Positions 16,062-25,416 of a stretch of DNA of 32,000 nucleotides are shown in pieces. Numbering within the stretch: position 1 is the first letter of the stretch; the number at the start of each line of letters is the position of its first letter. This DNA is from Wolbachia endosymbiont of Cimex lectularius. Lineage in GTDB: Bacteria; Pseudomonadota; Alphaproteobacteria; Rickettsiales; Anaplasmataceae. Below the pieces are notes generated by a model, which saw only the letters and a list, made by a program, of their open reading frames with translations, ran no database searches and had not been told where the DNA came from. The stretch covers positions 1,080,001 to 1,112,000 of the forward strand of contig NZ_AP013028.1 of the NCBI RefSeq assembly GCF_000829315.1, given 5' to 3'. The position numbers and the translations under genes were made by a program.

Positions 16062-17759
16062 ATGAACATTTTTAAGCTGATCTCCTCGCTAATCCTTGGC
16101 AAATTAAATGAGTTGAAGCAAGGGGTGTCAAATGCAGAAAATTTTATCGTAGAACCTCCAAGTAATAGAGCACATGGGGATATTTATACAAATGTTGCTA
16201 TGGTGCTTGCAAAACATGAAAAGAAGAATCCAGTTGAGATTGCAAGGATGTTGGCAAGAGAATTTGAACTGTTTGATGAGATTGAGAAAGTGGAAGTTGT
16301 GGGCCCTGGTTTTATCAATATGCGCTTGAGAATAGAAGTATGGCACGAAGTTCTAAAACAAATAAATGAGCTAAAAACAGAATTCGGTACTTTAAATATT
16401 GGAAACAATCAGGCCATCAATGTTGAATTTGTATCTGCAAATCCAACTGGTCCACTGCATATTGGTCATGCAAGAGGGGCAGTGTTTGGTGACATTTTAG
16501 CAAATTTACTGAAAAAAGTTGGTTATAAAGTCACCAAGGAATACTACATTAATGACGCTGGAGCGCAGGTAGATACGCTAGTTCAGTCAGTATATTTGCG
16601 ATATAGGGAAGCTCTGGGAGAGAAGATCAGTATCGAAAAAGGTTTGTATCCTGGTGAATATTTAAAACCAATAGGGGAGGAGCTAGCCAAAAAGTATGGC
16701 TCAAAGCTTTTAAATAGTCAAGATAATCAGGCAATCAGAGAGTATACTTTGAGTTCTATCTTGGAACTTATAAAGGAAGACATGAGCTTGCTTGGAGTAA
16801 GTCACGATGTTTTTACTTCAGAATATGAGCTACAAAAAAGTGGCAAAATCGAAGAGAGTATAAAGATGTTGTCTGACAAGGGTTTAGTGTATGAAGGATA
16901 TTTGGAAAAACCAAAAGGCAAAGAAAGCGAAAATTGGACTTCCAGAAAAGAGATGTTATTTCGCTCTACAGAGTTTGGCGATGATGTTGATCGCGCACTG
17001 AAAAAAGAGGATGGCAGTTGGACTTACTTTGCCTCGGATATTGCTTACCATTTCGATAAGATATCACGTGGCTTTAACAATATGATCGTAGAGCTTGGTA
17101 GTGACCATGGCGGTTATGTCAAAAGGCTCAAAGCAGTTGTCTCTGCGCTGAGCGATAATAAGGCGAAAATAGAAGTAAAACTGCATAACATTGTGAATTT
17201 TTTCGAGGATGGAAAACCTGTTAAGATGTCCAAAAGATCAGGAAATTTCCTCACAGCAAGGGATGTAGTGGAGGAAGTTGGCAGGGATATCACTCGTTTT
17301 ATAATGCTAACACGCAAGAATGATATGGTCTTAGACTTTGATTTTACCAAGATTAAAGAGCAGTCAAAAGATAATCCTATTTTTTACGTGCAATATGCAC
17401 ACGCTCGTGCTCATTCATTGATGCGTAACGCTCCAAAAGAGCTCCCAAGTGCAAACCTTTCACTTTTAAAGACAGATGGGGAGCTATTCCTCATAAAAAC
17501 CTTAGCAAAATGGCCGGATGTGGTAGAAATAGCAGCAAGGCTTTATGAGCCGCATAGAATTACTTTCTACTTACTTGAAGTTGCAGAAACGTTTCATGCT
17601 CTATGGGGATATGGCAAAAGCGACTTAAACATGCGGTTCATACTGGAAGACAACTTGGACCTCACCGCTGCAAGAATTTTTCTCGTTCAAGCCTTAGCAC
17701 ACGTCATCGCTTCTGGGCTTTCTATCTTGAATATAGAACCTTTGGAAGAAATGAGTTGA
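16062..17759 (+). CDS. argS: Arginine--tRNA ligase
   Basis: Class I HIGH motif ([12 protein letters not shown]), MSKRSG (KMSKS-type) motif and a C-terminal anticodon-binding domain. ATG at 16062 (TTG at 16059 is the listed start). Confidence 0.95.
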   Translation: MNIFKLISSLILGKLNELKQGVSNAENFIVEPPSNRAHGDIYTNVAMVLAKHEKKNPVEIARMLAREFELFDEIEKVEVVGPGFINMRLRIEVWHEVLKQINELKTEFGTLNIGNNQAINVEFVSANPTGPLHIGHARGAVFGDILANLLKKVGYKVTKEYYINDAGAQVDTLVQSVYLRYREALGEKISIEKGLYPGEYLKPIGEELAKKYGSKLLNSQDNQAIREYTLSSILELIKEDMSLLGVSHDVFTSEYELQKSGKIEESIKMLSDKGLVYEGYLEKPKGKESENWTSRKEMLFRSTEFGDDVDRALKKEDGSWTYFASDIAYHFDKISRGFNNMIVELGSDHGGYVKRLKAVVSALSDNKAKIEVKLHNIVNFFEDGKPVKMSKRSGNFLTARDVVEEVGRDITRFIMLTRKNDMVLDFDFTKIKEQSKDNPIFYVQYAHARAHSLMRNAPKELPSANLSLLKTDGELFLIKTLAKWPDVVEIAARLYEPHRITFYLLEVAETFHALWGYGKSDLNMRFILEDNLDLTAARIFLVQALAHVIASGLSILNIEPLEEMS

Positions 17760-17784
17760 CTTTTTGCTGTATGTATGGTAATTA
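17756..17784 (+). promoter_or_regulatory. Candidate promoter of ankyrin gene 1, conserved with the ankyrin gene 2 upstream region
   Basis: TTGACT (17756-17761, overlapping the argS stop), 17 nt, TAATTAAAAT. The same TTGACT..TAATTAAAATATT layout recurs at 21041-21078. Confidence 0.4.
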
Positions 17785-18147
17785 AAATATTATTGAACTT
17801 GTAGGTAGAGCTATGGTGATTGAACATAAAGAGTGGAGAGCAACATTAAGTGCAGTTAATGGGAGAGAAGGTTTAAATCAAAATACTGTTATTAGCGAAA
17901 TAGACGAAGGATTGCGGAATGGGCAGCAGAGAGGTCTAGGATATCTAAAGTGGCAAAAAGATAATTTTAATATAAATTATCTTTTTGAAGTTAAAAATGA
18001 TGAAGACGTTCCATTTAGAGATACCAAACTTACACTGTTACATTTAGTTGTTAATTTTAATTTAGAAAATATAGTAAATGCCCTATTAGGCGTAAAAGGA
18101 ATCAATGTTAACGCAGTAGACAATCATAATCGGACTTCTTTACATTA

Positions 18148-19007
18148 GAACCTGTTTAAAATCTTCGTAACAGGAGAGAAATGAAGGAGAGGACTATCAT
18201 CTGTAAGCTAGTGTTGAGCTTCCGCTCACAATTTTTCCACAATCGCCTGCACTTTTCTAACCAGGCAAAAGAGCGTTCAACAACCCATCTTTTTGGCAAT
18301 ACGACGAAAGTGTGTAACTCACTTCGCTTTATTACTTCAACAGTCGCACCAATGATAGCTTTTATTTGTGTTGCAAAATTTTCTCCTGTGTAGCCAGCAT
18401 CAACCAGTATGTTTTTAACTTCAGAGAGGTTTGCTTTAGCATTTTCGACCATTTTCACAGCACTGCTACGGTCAGTTGCTTCTGCCGTTGTTACATAAAT
18501 TGCATGTGGCAAACCTTGTGTATCAACTGCAATATAGCGCTTTATCCCTGAAATCTTTTTACCTGCATCATAGCCTTTTTTTTCAGCAGTATCTGCGTTT
18601 TTAACGCTTTGAGAATCAATTATACAAAAGCTAGTTTTCTCTTTCCGACCATTGCTGATACGGACCTCTCCAACTAATTTTTTTTAAGACTAATTCCAAC
18701 AAGCTTGGCTCTTCTCCACTCTTTTTACTCCACACTCGAAAATAGTAATATACGCTTTCCCATCTTGGAAAACCCTTTGGTAACATCCTCCACTGACAAC
18801 CACTTTTTAAGACGTACAACACCCCACAAAATACGTCATACAAATCAAGTTTTCTTGGTTTTGTTTTCTGCTTGCTACTCTCCAAAATTGGCCTGATTTT
18901 TTCAAACTGCTCTTGACTTATATTACTTGGATAACTTTTCTGCATAGACACCTCATTATTAATCTATGCTTACTTTACCTCACATTTCCAAGATTTTAAA
19001 CAGGTTC
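18148..19007 (-). mobile_element. IS5-family insertion sequence, copy 2 (860 bp)
   Basis: Same 18-bp terminal inverted repeats. Perfect 3-bp direct repeat TTA (18145-18147 and 19008-19010). Confidence 0.95.
18156..18951 (-). CDS. IS5-family DDE transposase (two frames; a shift at the A8 run is required)
   Basis: OrfA is 18631..18951. The OrfB frame is open from the T8 run (plus strand, about 18677-18684) down to 18156. The second homopolymer is T8 (18576-18583), so OrfB is continuous. Confidence 0.85.
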
Positions 19008-19620
19008 TTACGCTTCTTTAAATGACTATCAAAAAATAGTTGAGGCCCTATTAACAAACAAAGCAAATGTTAATTCAGCAAATAAAGTTGGAGAAACTCC
19101 TTTACATTGGGCTGCTCAATGGGGCCATATAGGTATAGCAAAAGTTTTAATAGAAAGTGGAGCAAACCCTTTGTTAAAAAATAAAGATGGTAGAACTCCA
19201 AGAGACTTAACTACAAATGATAGCATAAAGAATCTTCTGAAAGAAGCAGAAGAAAAACAACTTAAAAAACTAAACGAAGAAAAAAGCGAGTTAACGCAAA
19301 ACAACACTGAGGGTGATAACAAGGATACAAAACACCTTTTGGGGAAAACAGAACCTACATCAGCAGCTAAAAAAGGAGTTTTTGCTGGTGGCGTGGTTGT
19401 AGCATTAGGTACTGCAGCAGCAGTGGCACTTTTTGCAACTGGAGCAATTGCAGTTGAGTTAGTACCTATATTGATAGCAGTCGTTGCAGTTACGGTGGCA
19501 GCACTGGCAGTTGGTGGTGTTACATATATGCTATCAGAGCCTAGTGTTGAACAAGTTGTTGGAAATGAGCGGAAAGTATAGCACCAGATCTATAAAACGC
19601 ATTGAAAACACACCCATGCA

Positions 19621-20907
19621 TTAAGCTGCAGTCCTATAATGTCTACTGTTGATGATTATTTCACCTATTGTAACTGCTGCTAAAATAAAGCAGTAATACA
19701 CCTGTGTTAATAAAGAAATAGGTGATATAGAGGCTATGCTACCCGCTAGCAGTAGCTGAGAACCATAAGGCAAGATGCCTTTTGTAGCACAAGCAAAAAC
19801 ATCTAATAAGTATGCACTGCGGTGTGGCGCAATATTGTGTTTTTGTGCGAGCCTTTTTGCAATGCCACCACTTAATAAAATAGCAATGGTATTATTGGCA
19901 ACCAGAACAGTGAACATAGATGCTATTCCTGCTATCACAAATTCAGTTTTAGTCTTTGTAATATCACTTTTATCGATGAGTTTATGCAATGCTTTTTGAC
20001 CTTGTTTATATATTATATGGCTTAGTCCACCAATAAATAGAGCAAAGATCACTATTTCGTTTACTTTCTTAAAACCATTATATATGTCATGAGGAAATTG
20101 AATAACAGCGTAATCAAAAAAGACTGTTCCTAGCACACCAGCAATAATTATGTTTATAGTTAGTGTTACTAAAGTAGAAACTTCAAGCAGACCCATGATT
20201 ATTAGAGAAATGTAAGGGATAACTTTTATTATCGATAAATAATCTAAGTTTGAGATAGTAACAATTTTTGTACTGTCTGCAGTTACTGCCAGATAGACAA
20301 GTGTTATAATGCTGGCAATAAACGCTACTTTAGAGTTCACTTTAAGTTTATCCTTTATTGCAGCTCCTTGTGAAGAAACAGAAGCAATAGTGGTGTCGGA
20401 TATCATTGAGAGGTTGTCACCGAATACGGCACCTCCAACCACAGTTGCAGTTCCTATTTCAAGACCAAAAGCTCCACTTTTTGCCAGGTTAACGGCGATT
20501 GGTACCATTAGCGCAACAACTCCCATGGACGTACCGATTGCGGTTGAAATAAAAGCAGAAGCCAAGAATATTCCAGGCAACAGTAACCTTGTTGGAAGGA
20601 AATTGAGAATTAAATTAGCAACAGTGTCTGCACTACCAATTGATTGAGTAACAGAAGAAAATGCTCCAGAAAATAGAAAAATTAAGCACATAGTAAGGGT
20701 ATTTTTGTCACCCATGCCCTCGATGACAGTATCGATGTTATGCTGGATTTTATTTGTACCGCGTGAAACAGCAAAAAATAGTGCTGGTAGTAAGCAAATT
20801 ACCGGTGAAACCTGATGAAGTGGATTATCAGTTCCGATAAAGGAGAAATAAGTTCCGCTTCCAAGGTATAGAATTAAAAAAATAAACAGAGGAACAAAAG
20901 CTGTCAT
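19621..20907 (-). CDS. nhaC: NhaC-family Na+/H+ antiporter-like membrane transporter
   Basis: 428 aa, polytopic (10 or more hydrophobic segments). Overall resemblance to NhaC-type antiporters. The family call rests on recognition only. Confidence 0.7.
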   Translation of the reverse strand: MTAFVPLFIFLILYLGSGTYFSFIGTDNPLHQVSPVICLLPALFFAVSRGTNKIQHNIDTVIEGMGDKNTLTMCLIFLFSGAFSSVTQSIGSADTVANLILNFLPTRLLLPGIFLASAFISTAIGTSMGVVALMVPIAVNLAKSGAFGLEIGTATVVGGAVFGDNLSMISDTTIASVSSQGAAIKDKLKVNSKVAFIASIITLVYLAVTADSTKIVTISNLDYLSIIKVIPYISLIIMGLLEVSTLVTLTINIIIAGVLGTVFFDYAVIQFPHDIYNGFKKVNEIVIFALFIGGLSHIIYKQGQKALHKLIDKSDITKTKTEFVIAGIASMFTVLVANNTIAILLSGGIAKRLAQKHNIAPHRSAYLLDVFACATKGILPYGSQLLLAGSIASISPISLLTQVYYCFILAAVTIGEIIINSRHYRTAA

Positions 20908-21040
20908 TTTACCATATTTAAAAACTTAGGATAACTAATTAAGTTGCTTTGATCAAGCACTAATCCCCGGTTCCACTAATTCTACAGGAAGCTAACAGCG
21001 GAGTTTTAAACTCCAATGTCACATCTGCAGAGGAAACGCA

Positions 21041-21071
21041 TTGACTTTTGTGCCATAATATGTAATAATTA
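21041..21071 (+). promoter_or_regulatory. Candidate promoter of ankyrin gene 2
   Basis: TTGACT (21041-21046), 17 nt, AATAAT (21064-21069) / TAATTAAAATATT (21066-21078). Paralogous to the 17756-17791 region. Confidence 0.4.
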
Positions 21072-21099
21072 AAATATTGTTTGAAGTAGGGGAAAAGTT

Positions 21100-21756
21100 A
21101 TGACAATGGAATACAATCAGTGGAAAGAAATATTAAGTGCAGTTAATGCTGACAAAAATTTAAGCAAAGATAACGTAATTGAAAAAATAAAAGGGGAATT
21201 GCCACAAGATTCAGATGAATATAAAGAGTGGAGTGAGGCTAATTTTGATGTAAATTACCAATTCGAAATGGAAAGAATGCCCCGTGGAGAGGGCTATCAA
21301 ACAGGAATGGGAGCTATTTTGGATCTTTCTTGTACATTATTGGGTTTGGCTACTATAAATGGCTATACAAAGGTGGTTGACGTTTTAGCTAAGGCAGAAG
21401 CAGATGTTAGTAAAGTATTAGGTGAAGGAAACACACCTTTGCATTTGGCTGCTTATTACGGCCATATAGAGATAGCTGATATTCTAATAAAAGCAGGAGC
21501 AAATCCTAGCGCAGCAAGTGATAGTGAAAATACCCCTTTACATTGGGCTGCTTACAAGGGCTATAGGGACACAGTTAACCTTTTAATAAAAGCAGGAGCA
21601 AATCTTAATGCAGTAAATGGCTGCAAAGAAACACCCTTAAATCGAGCTGCCAAATATAACAATACAAAAATGTTTGATATTCTAACAAAGGCAGGGGCAG
21701 ACCTTTTAACGTTTGACAAAAATGGGCATATAAGACAGTTCTTAGAACCTGTTTAA
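21100..21756 (+). CDS. Ankyrin-repeat protein, 3' end replaced by IS sequence (probably truncated)
   Basis: 218 aa with four or more ankyrin repeats (GNTPLHLAAYYGHIEIADILIKAGANP...). The last codons E-P-V-stop lie inside IS copy 3, which begins at 21745. Confidence 0.8.
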   Translation: MTMEYNQWKEILSAVNADKNLSKDNVIEKIKGELPQDSDEYKEWSEANFDVNYQFEMERMPRGEGYQTGMGAILDLSCTLLGLATINGYTKVVDVLAKAEADVSKVLGEGNTPLHLAAYYGHIEIADILIKAGANPSAASDSENTPLHWAAYKGYRDTVNLLIKAGANLNAVNGCKETPLNRAAKYNNTKMFDILTKAGADLLTFDKNGHIRQFLEPV

Positions 21757-22605
21757 AATCTTGGAAATGTGAGGTAAAGTAAGCATAGATTAATAATGAG
21801 GTGTCTATGCAGAAAAGTTATCCAAGTAATATAAGTCAAGAGCAGTTTGAAAAAATCAGGCCAATTTTGGAGAGTAGCAAGCAGAAAACAAAACCAAGAA
21901 AACTTGATTTGTATGACGTATTTTGTGGGGTGTTGTACGTCTTAAAAAGTGGTTGTCAGTGGAGGATGTTACCAAAGGGTTTTCCAAGATGGGAAAGCGT
22001 ATATTACTATTTTCGAGTGTGGAGTAAAAAGAATGGAGAAGAGCCAAGCTTGTTGGAATTAGTCTTAAAAAAAATTAGTTGGAGAGGTCCGTATCAGCAA
22101 TGGTCGGAAAGAGAAAACTAGCTTTTGTATAATTGATTCTCAAAGCGTTAAAAACGCAGATACTGCTGAAAAAAAAAGGCTATGATGCAGGTAAAAAGAT
22201 TTCAGGGATAAAGCGCTATATTGCAGTTGATACACAAGGTTTGCCACATGCAATTTATGTAACAACGGCAGAAGCAACTGACCGTAGCAGTGCTGTGAAA
22301 ATGGTCGAAAATGCTAAAGCAAACCTCTCTGAAGTTAAAAACATACTGGTTGATGCTGGCTACACAGGAGAAAATTTTGCAACACAAATAAAAGCTATCA
22401 TTGGTGCGACTGTTGAAGTAATAAAGCGAAGTGAGTTACACACTTTCGTCGTATTGCCAAAAAGATGGGTTGTTGAACGCTCTTTTGCCTGGTTAGAAAA
22501 GTGCAGGCGATTGTGGAAAAATTGCGAGCGGAAGCTCAACACTAGCTTACAGATGATAGTCCTCTCCTTCATTTCTCTCCTGTTACGAAGATTTTAAACA
22601 GGTTC
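21745..22605 (+). mobile_element. IS5-family insertion sequence, copy 3 (861 bp)
   Basis: Same terminal inverted repeats. TTA on both flanks (21742-21744 and 22606-22608). One extra A relative to copies 1 and 2. Confidence 0.95.
21801..22597 (+). pseudogene. IS5-family transposase with an additional frameshift
   Basis: The first run is A8 at 22077-22084, as in the other copies. The second run is A9 (22169-22177) where copies 1 and 2 have 8. The post-shift frame therefore reads ...NADTAEKKRL* and terminates, and the catalytic part lies in a third frame. Confidence 0.75.
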
Positions 22606-23300
22606 TTATATGCAGCAAGATACTGGCTGTTAGATTCTGAATTGGGAATTTGCAAAAGATTTGATGGAATAGCTCCTCCATTATCTTTGCCAAAGCTACT
22701 ACCAATATTGTGCCCTGATGGCCGTTCCTTTGGAGTATAATAAGCCTTTGGGTTCTCTATAAGTTTTTTCATCCGGCCACTGTATTCAACTAGCACTTTT
22801 GTGACATCTGCTTTAGGCCACTCGGTCTTGCTGAACCACCACACAGCATTAACAGAATCTTTTACTCTGATTTTTCTCTTATTGACCCATTCAATCGGAC
22901 TTGGCAATTTAGAGGGATTATACCAATAGAAATCTTCTGCAAGGAAGAAGCCTATATCATCACAAAAATGCATAAGCACCCTAAAATTATATAAACTCCT
23001 TGATGGCGCGCCTTTTTCATAAGCCCCACCTAAATCAAGCACAAAGCTGCCTGTATCTTTTAGTTTGCTGTGTACTAATTTTGCAAATTGGCTAAGCCAT
23101 GAAACATATTCCGTTTGGGATTCATTTCCGTATTCTTTTTTTCTTTGCAAAGCAAACGGTGGACTGGTTATTACGAGATCCAAGCTATTATCTGGTAATT
23201 GCGGCAATAGGTCAAGCGAGTCTTCACAATATGCAACTCCCATATCTGTAGTATATGTGGGTTTATTATTAAATTTAAAGTTTTCCAATATGTGTACCAT
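22569..23300 (-). pseudogene. Beta-class N4/N6 DNA methyltransferase (SPPF motif, PvuII-methylase-like), 3'-truncated by IS copy 3
   Basis: Motif IV DLVITSPPFALQ lies near the N-terminus. The native sequence ends ...IPNSESNSQYLAAY at 22606 and the last 12 codons (K)NLFKIFVTGEK are IS-derived. No FxGxG/AdoMet-binding motif I, which lies C-terminal in this class, is present. Confidence 0.8.
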
Positions 23301-23835
23301 TGGAATTCTTGAATTTTACTGAATTGATTGGTAGTTTTAAGGCACCTGCTACTTAAATTTAGGTGCCCATTAAGTAGTTGGAAATAACAAACCGGTTCAG
23401 TTGCCTACCCCATAAGTTTGGTACTCCCTTTCAATCATAAGGTACCTTGCTGCTTGAAATATTTCCCTTGTAAAATTAAGTTACCTTTTACATCAGCTTA
23501 TTTAAGCTGCACTAGCACGTTTTGGCCTTTTGTAGATGAGTAATTCTCTAGGAATTATCCTATTGAATTCTATGATATTACTTTTTGTATCATTGTACTC
23601 ATTATCATAAAATTGGAGGTATTCAGTTATCTTCATCTGTGCAGATTAAACGACAAGAGTATTATAGTTGGCGTCTTATGTTTAATTTTTTGCACTATGT
23701 GCACCTCATGTCTTTATTAATTTCACCTAGACTTCTAGGTTTTTCCCTATACAAGCTGAAACGCGCTTATAAGTCGTTTAAGACAGTATAGTACGCCAAT
23801 TTGCAGGATCAGAGAGTGAGCAACTTCTACCACGT

Positions 23836-23874
23836 GGTTCTTTTGTCTTTTTTTCTGCTTAGTAAGTTTTTTAG
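23836..23874 (+). repeat. Dispersed ~45-60 bp repeat, copy a
   Basis: GGTTCTTTTGTCTTTTTTTCTGCTTAGTAAGTTTTTTAG aligns with copies b and c. Confidence 0.6.
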
Positions 23875-23950
23875 CGCTTAAGCTAAGGGTCTGTTGCAGT
23901 TTAAAAGTCGCTAAATTGCAGCGTTTAAGACTTAAAAAAATGCCAATACT

Positions 23951-24010
23951 AAAAATAAATACCGACCGGAGTTTCTTTTGCCTTTTCTTCTATTTGGTAA
24001 ATTTTTTAAT
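23951..24010 (+). repeat. Dispersed ~45-60 bp repeat, copy b
   Basis: AAAAATAAATACCGACCGGAGTTTCTTTTGCCTTTTCTTCTATTTGGTAAATTTTTTAAT. Confidence 0.6.
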
Positions 24011-24069
24011 ATAATTGCAATGCAAGATGAGGCTTGGGTTCGTAGGCCAATGCATCCGAAACAAAAAGA

Positions 24070-24098
24070 TTGAATATTTCTTCAGAATTGTGTATAAT
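24070..24098 (+). promoter_or_regulatory. Candidate sigma70-type promoter of the Rpn-family gene
   Basis: TTGAAT (24070-24075), 17-nt spacer, TATAAT (24093-24098), 27 nt upstream of the ATG at 24126. Confidence 0.4.
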
Positions 24099-24125
24099 TA
24101 CTAATGCTTTTTAAGTGAATTTCTT

Positions 24126-25052
24126 ATGGCTTTTTCTAAATTCCTAGACCCAAAGTTGGACTTAACATTCAAAAGAATATTTGGTAACGAGGGAAATAAG
24201 AATATCCTTATTCACTTTCTTAATGATATTTTAGGATTTACTGGAATAGACACTATAAAAGAAGTTGAGTTTCTCAGCACCATTATGGATCCGGAAATCG
24301 CCTCTGATAAGCAGAGCATAGTTGATGTTCTTTGCAAGGATTCTAGCGGCCACAGATACGTGATTGAAATGCGACTCGCTCGCGATAAAAGCTTTGAAGA
24401 ACGCGCACAACTATATGCTGCCAAAGCTTATTCAAGACAGGCTGGAAGAGGTAGCGAATATATTAATTTAAAGAAAGTATTCTTTATTGCCATCTCTAAT
24501 AACATTCTGTTTCCTGATGAGGTTGGGTACATTTCTACTCATAATATACGGGAGGTAAAAACTAATGGACATTACCTGAAAGGTTTTCAATTTGTCTTTA
24601 TTGAATTACCTAAATTCAAAAAAGACAAAGTGGAACAGTTGGAGAGTACAGTAGAGCGCTGGTGCTTTTTTTTCAAACACGCAGAAGATACTACAGATGA
24701 AGACCTAAAAGATATAGCAGAAAAATCTCCAATAATAAATCTAGCGTACGATGAGTTAAACAAGGAACGCTGGAGTGAGAAAGATCTGGTGGCATACGAA
24801 GAAAGGTTAATGGATCTACGGAAAGAAGAAGCCATCCTTGCATACAGACTTGACACTGCTAAAGAAGAAGGTAGAGAGGAAGGAAAAAAGGAAGGTAAGA
24901 AGAAAAGAGAGACTGAAATAGCAAAAGCAATGCTTGCTGAAGGCATGAACGCTGCTACCATCGCTAAGTTAACAGGATTATCTACTGGTGAAGTCGAAAA
25001 ACTACGGTTTACATATGATCAAGATAAGAAACGTGAAGATGATCTGTCTTAA
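24126..25052 (+). CDS. Rpn-family / PD-(D/E)XK nuclease-type putative transposase
   Basis: N-terminus FLDPKLDLTFKRIFGNEGNKNILIHFLNDIL and core VDVLCKD..G..YVIEM are typical of this family. The C-terminus has a Lys/Glu-rich linker plus a helix-turn-helix-like module EIAKAMLAEGMNAATIAKLTGLSTGEVEKL. Confidence 0.85.
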   Translation: MAFSKFLDPKLDLTFKRIFGNEGNKNILIHFLNDILGFTGIDTIKEVEFLSTIMDPEIASDKQSIVDVLCKDSSGHRYVIEMRLARDKSFEERAQLYAAKAYSRQAGRGSEYINLKKVFFIAISNNILFPDEVGYISTHNIREVKTNGHYLKGFQFVFIELPKFKKDKVEQLESTVERWCFFFKHAEDTTDEDLKDIAEKSPIINLAYDELNKERWSEKDLVAYEERLMDLRKEEAILAYRLDTAKEEGREEGKKEGKKKRETEIAKAMLAEGMNAATIAKLTGLSTGEVEKLRFTYDQDKKREDDLS

Positions 25053-25224
25053 CCAAAAATTTGATGAAGGTGTTGAAGTTGGTATTGAGAAAGGAAAAAC
25101 TGAAGGAAAAATCGAAGTGGCTAAAAACCTTCTTAAGGCTGGTGTATCTGTTGACTTGATAGCTGAATCTACTGGTCTTTCTAAAGCTGAAATTGTACAA
25201 CTCAAAGAAGAAGTTACGAGTTAA
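24988..25224 (+). other. Out-of-frame second copy of the Rpn C-terminal module
   Basis: EGVEVGIEKGKTEGKIEVAKNLLKAGVSVDLIAESTGLSKAEIVQLK parallels the last ~45 aa of the preceding ORF. It lies in a different frame and overlaps that ORF's 3' end. Confidence 0.45.
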
Positions 25225-25265
25225 TTTCAAATCGCTTAGCCGAGCAGACACTGATATTTTGAAGT

Positions 25266-25333
25266 AAACATAAATAACCAGCCACCAACGGGGCTTCTTT
25301 TGTCTTTTTTTCTTGTTTAGTAAATTTCTTAAG
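25266..25333 (+). repeat. Dispersed ~45-60 bp repeat, copy c
   Basis: AAACATAAATAACCAGCCACCAACGGGGCTTCTTTTGTCTTTTTTTCTTGTTTAGTAAATTTCTTAAG, about 40 bp downstream of the Rpn locus. Confidence 0.6.
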
Positions 25334-25416
25334 TATGGAGGTTACACCAACTTTCGTTATCAAACAAGATATATAATAAGTTCGCTAAACCTCTAATCGT
25401 AGGGAAACTTTTTAAT

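Larger units (their letters stand above)
17813..19581 (+). pseudogene. Ankyrin-repeat protein with C-terminal hydrophobic anchor, interrupted by IS copy 2
   Basis: The N-part 17813..18147 ends ...NRTSLH. The C-part resumes at 19011 in frame (Y)ASLNDYQKIVEALL...GETPLHWAAQWGH... and ends with the Gly/Ala/Val-rich tail GVFAGGVVVALGTAAAVALFATGAIAVELVPILIAVVAVTVAALAVGGVTYML. Confidence 0.85.

Noticed and set aside
18148-22605. IS copies 2 and 3 as a composite transposon carrying nhaC and the ankyrin gene
   Set aside because: Copy 2 has its own perfect TTA duplication inside a restorable gene, which indicates an independent single-IS insertion. No shared outer target duplication is evident.
23301-23800. 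A restriction endonuclease or controller gene partnering the methyltransferase
   Set aside because: Only short broken ORFs are present, all under 70 aa, with no nuclease motifs I can recognise. A degraded remnant cannot be excluded without a search.
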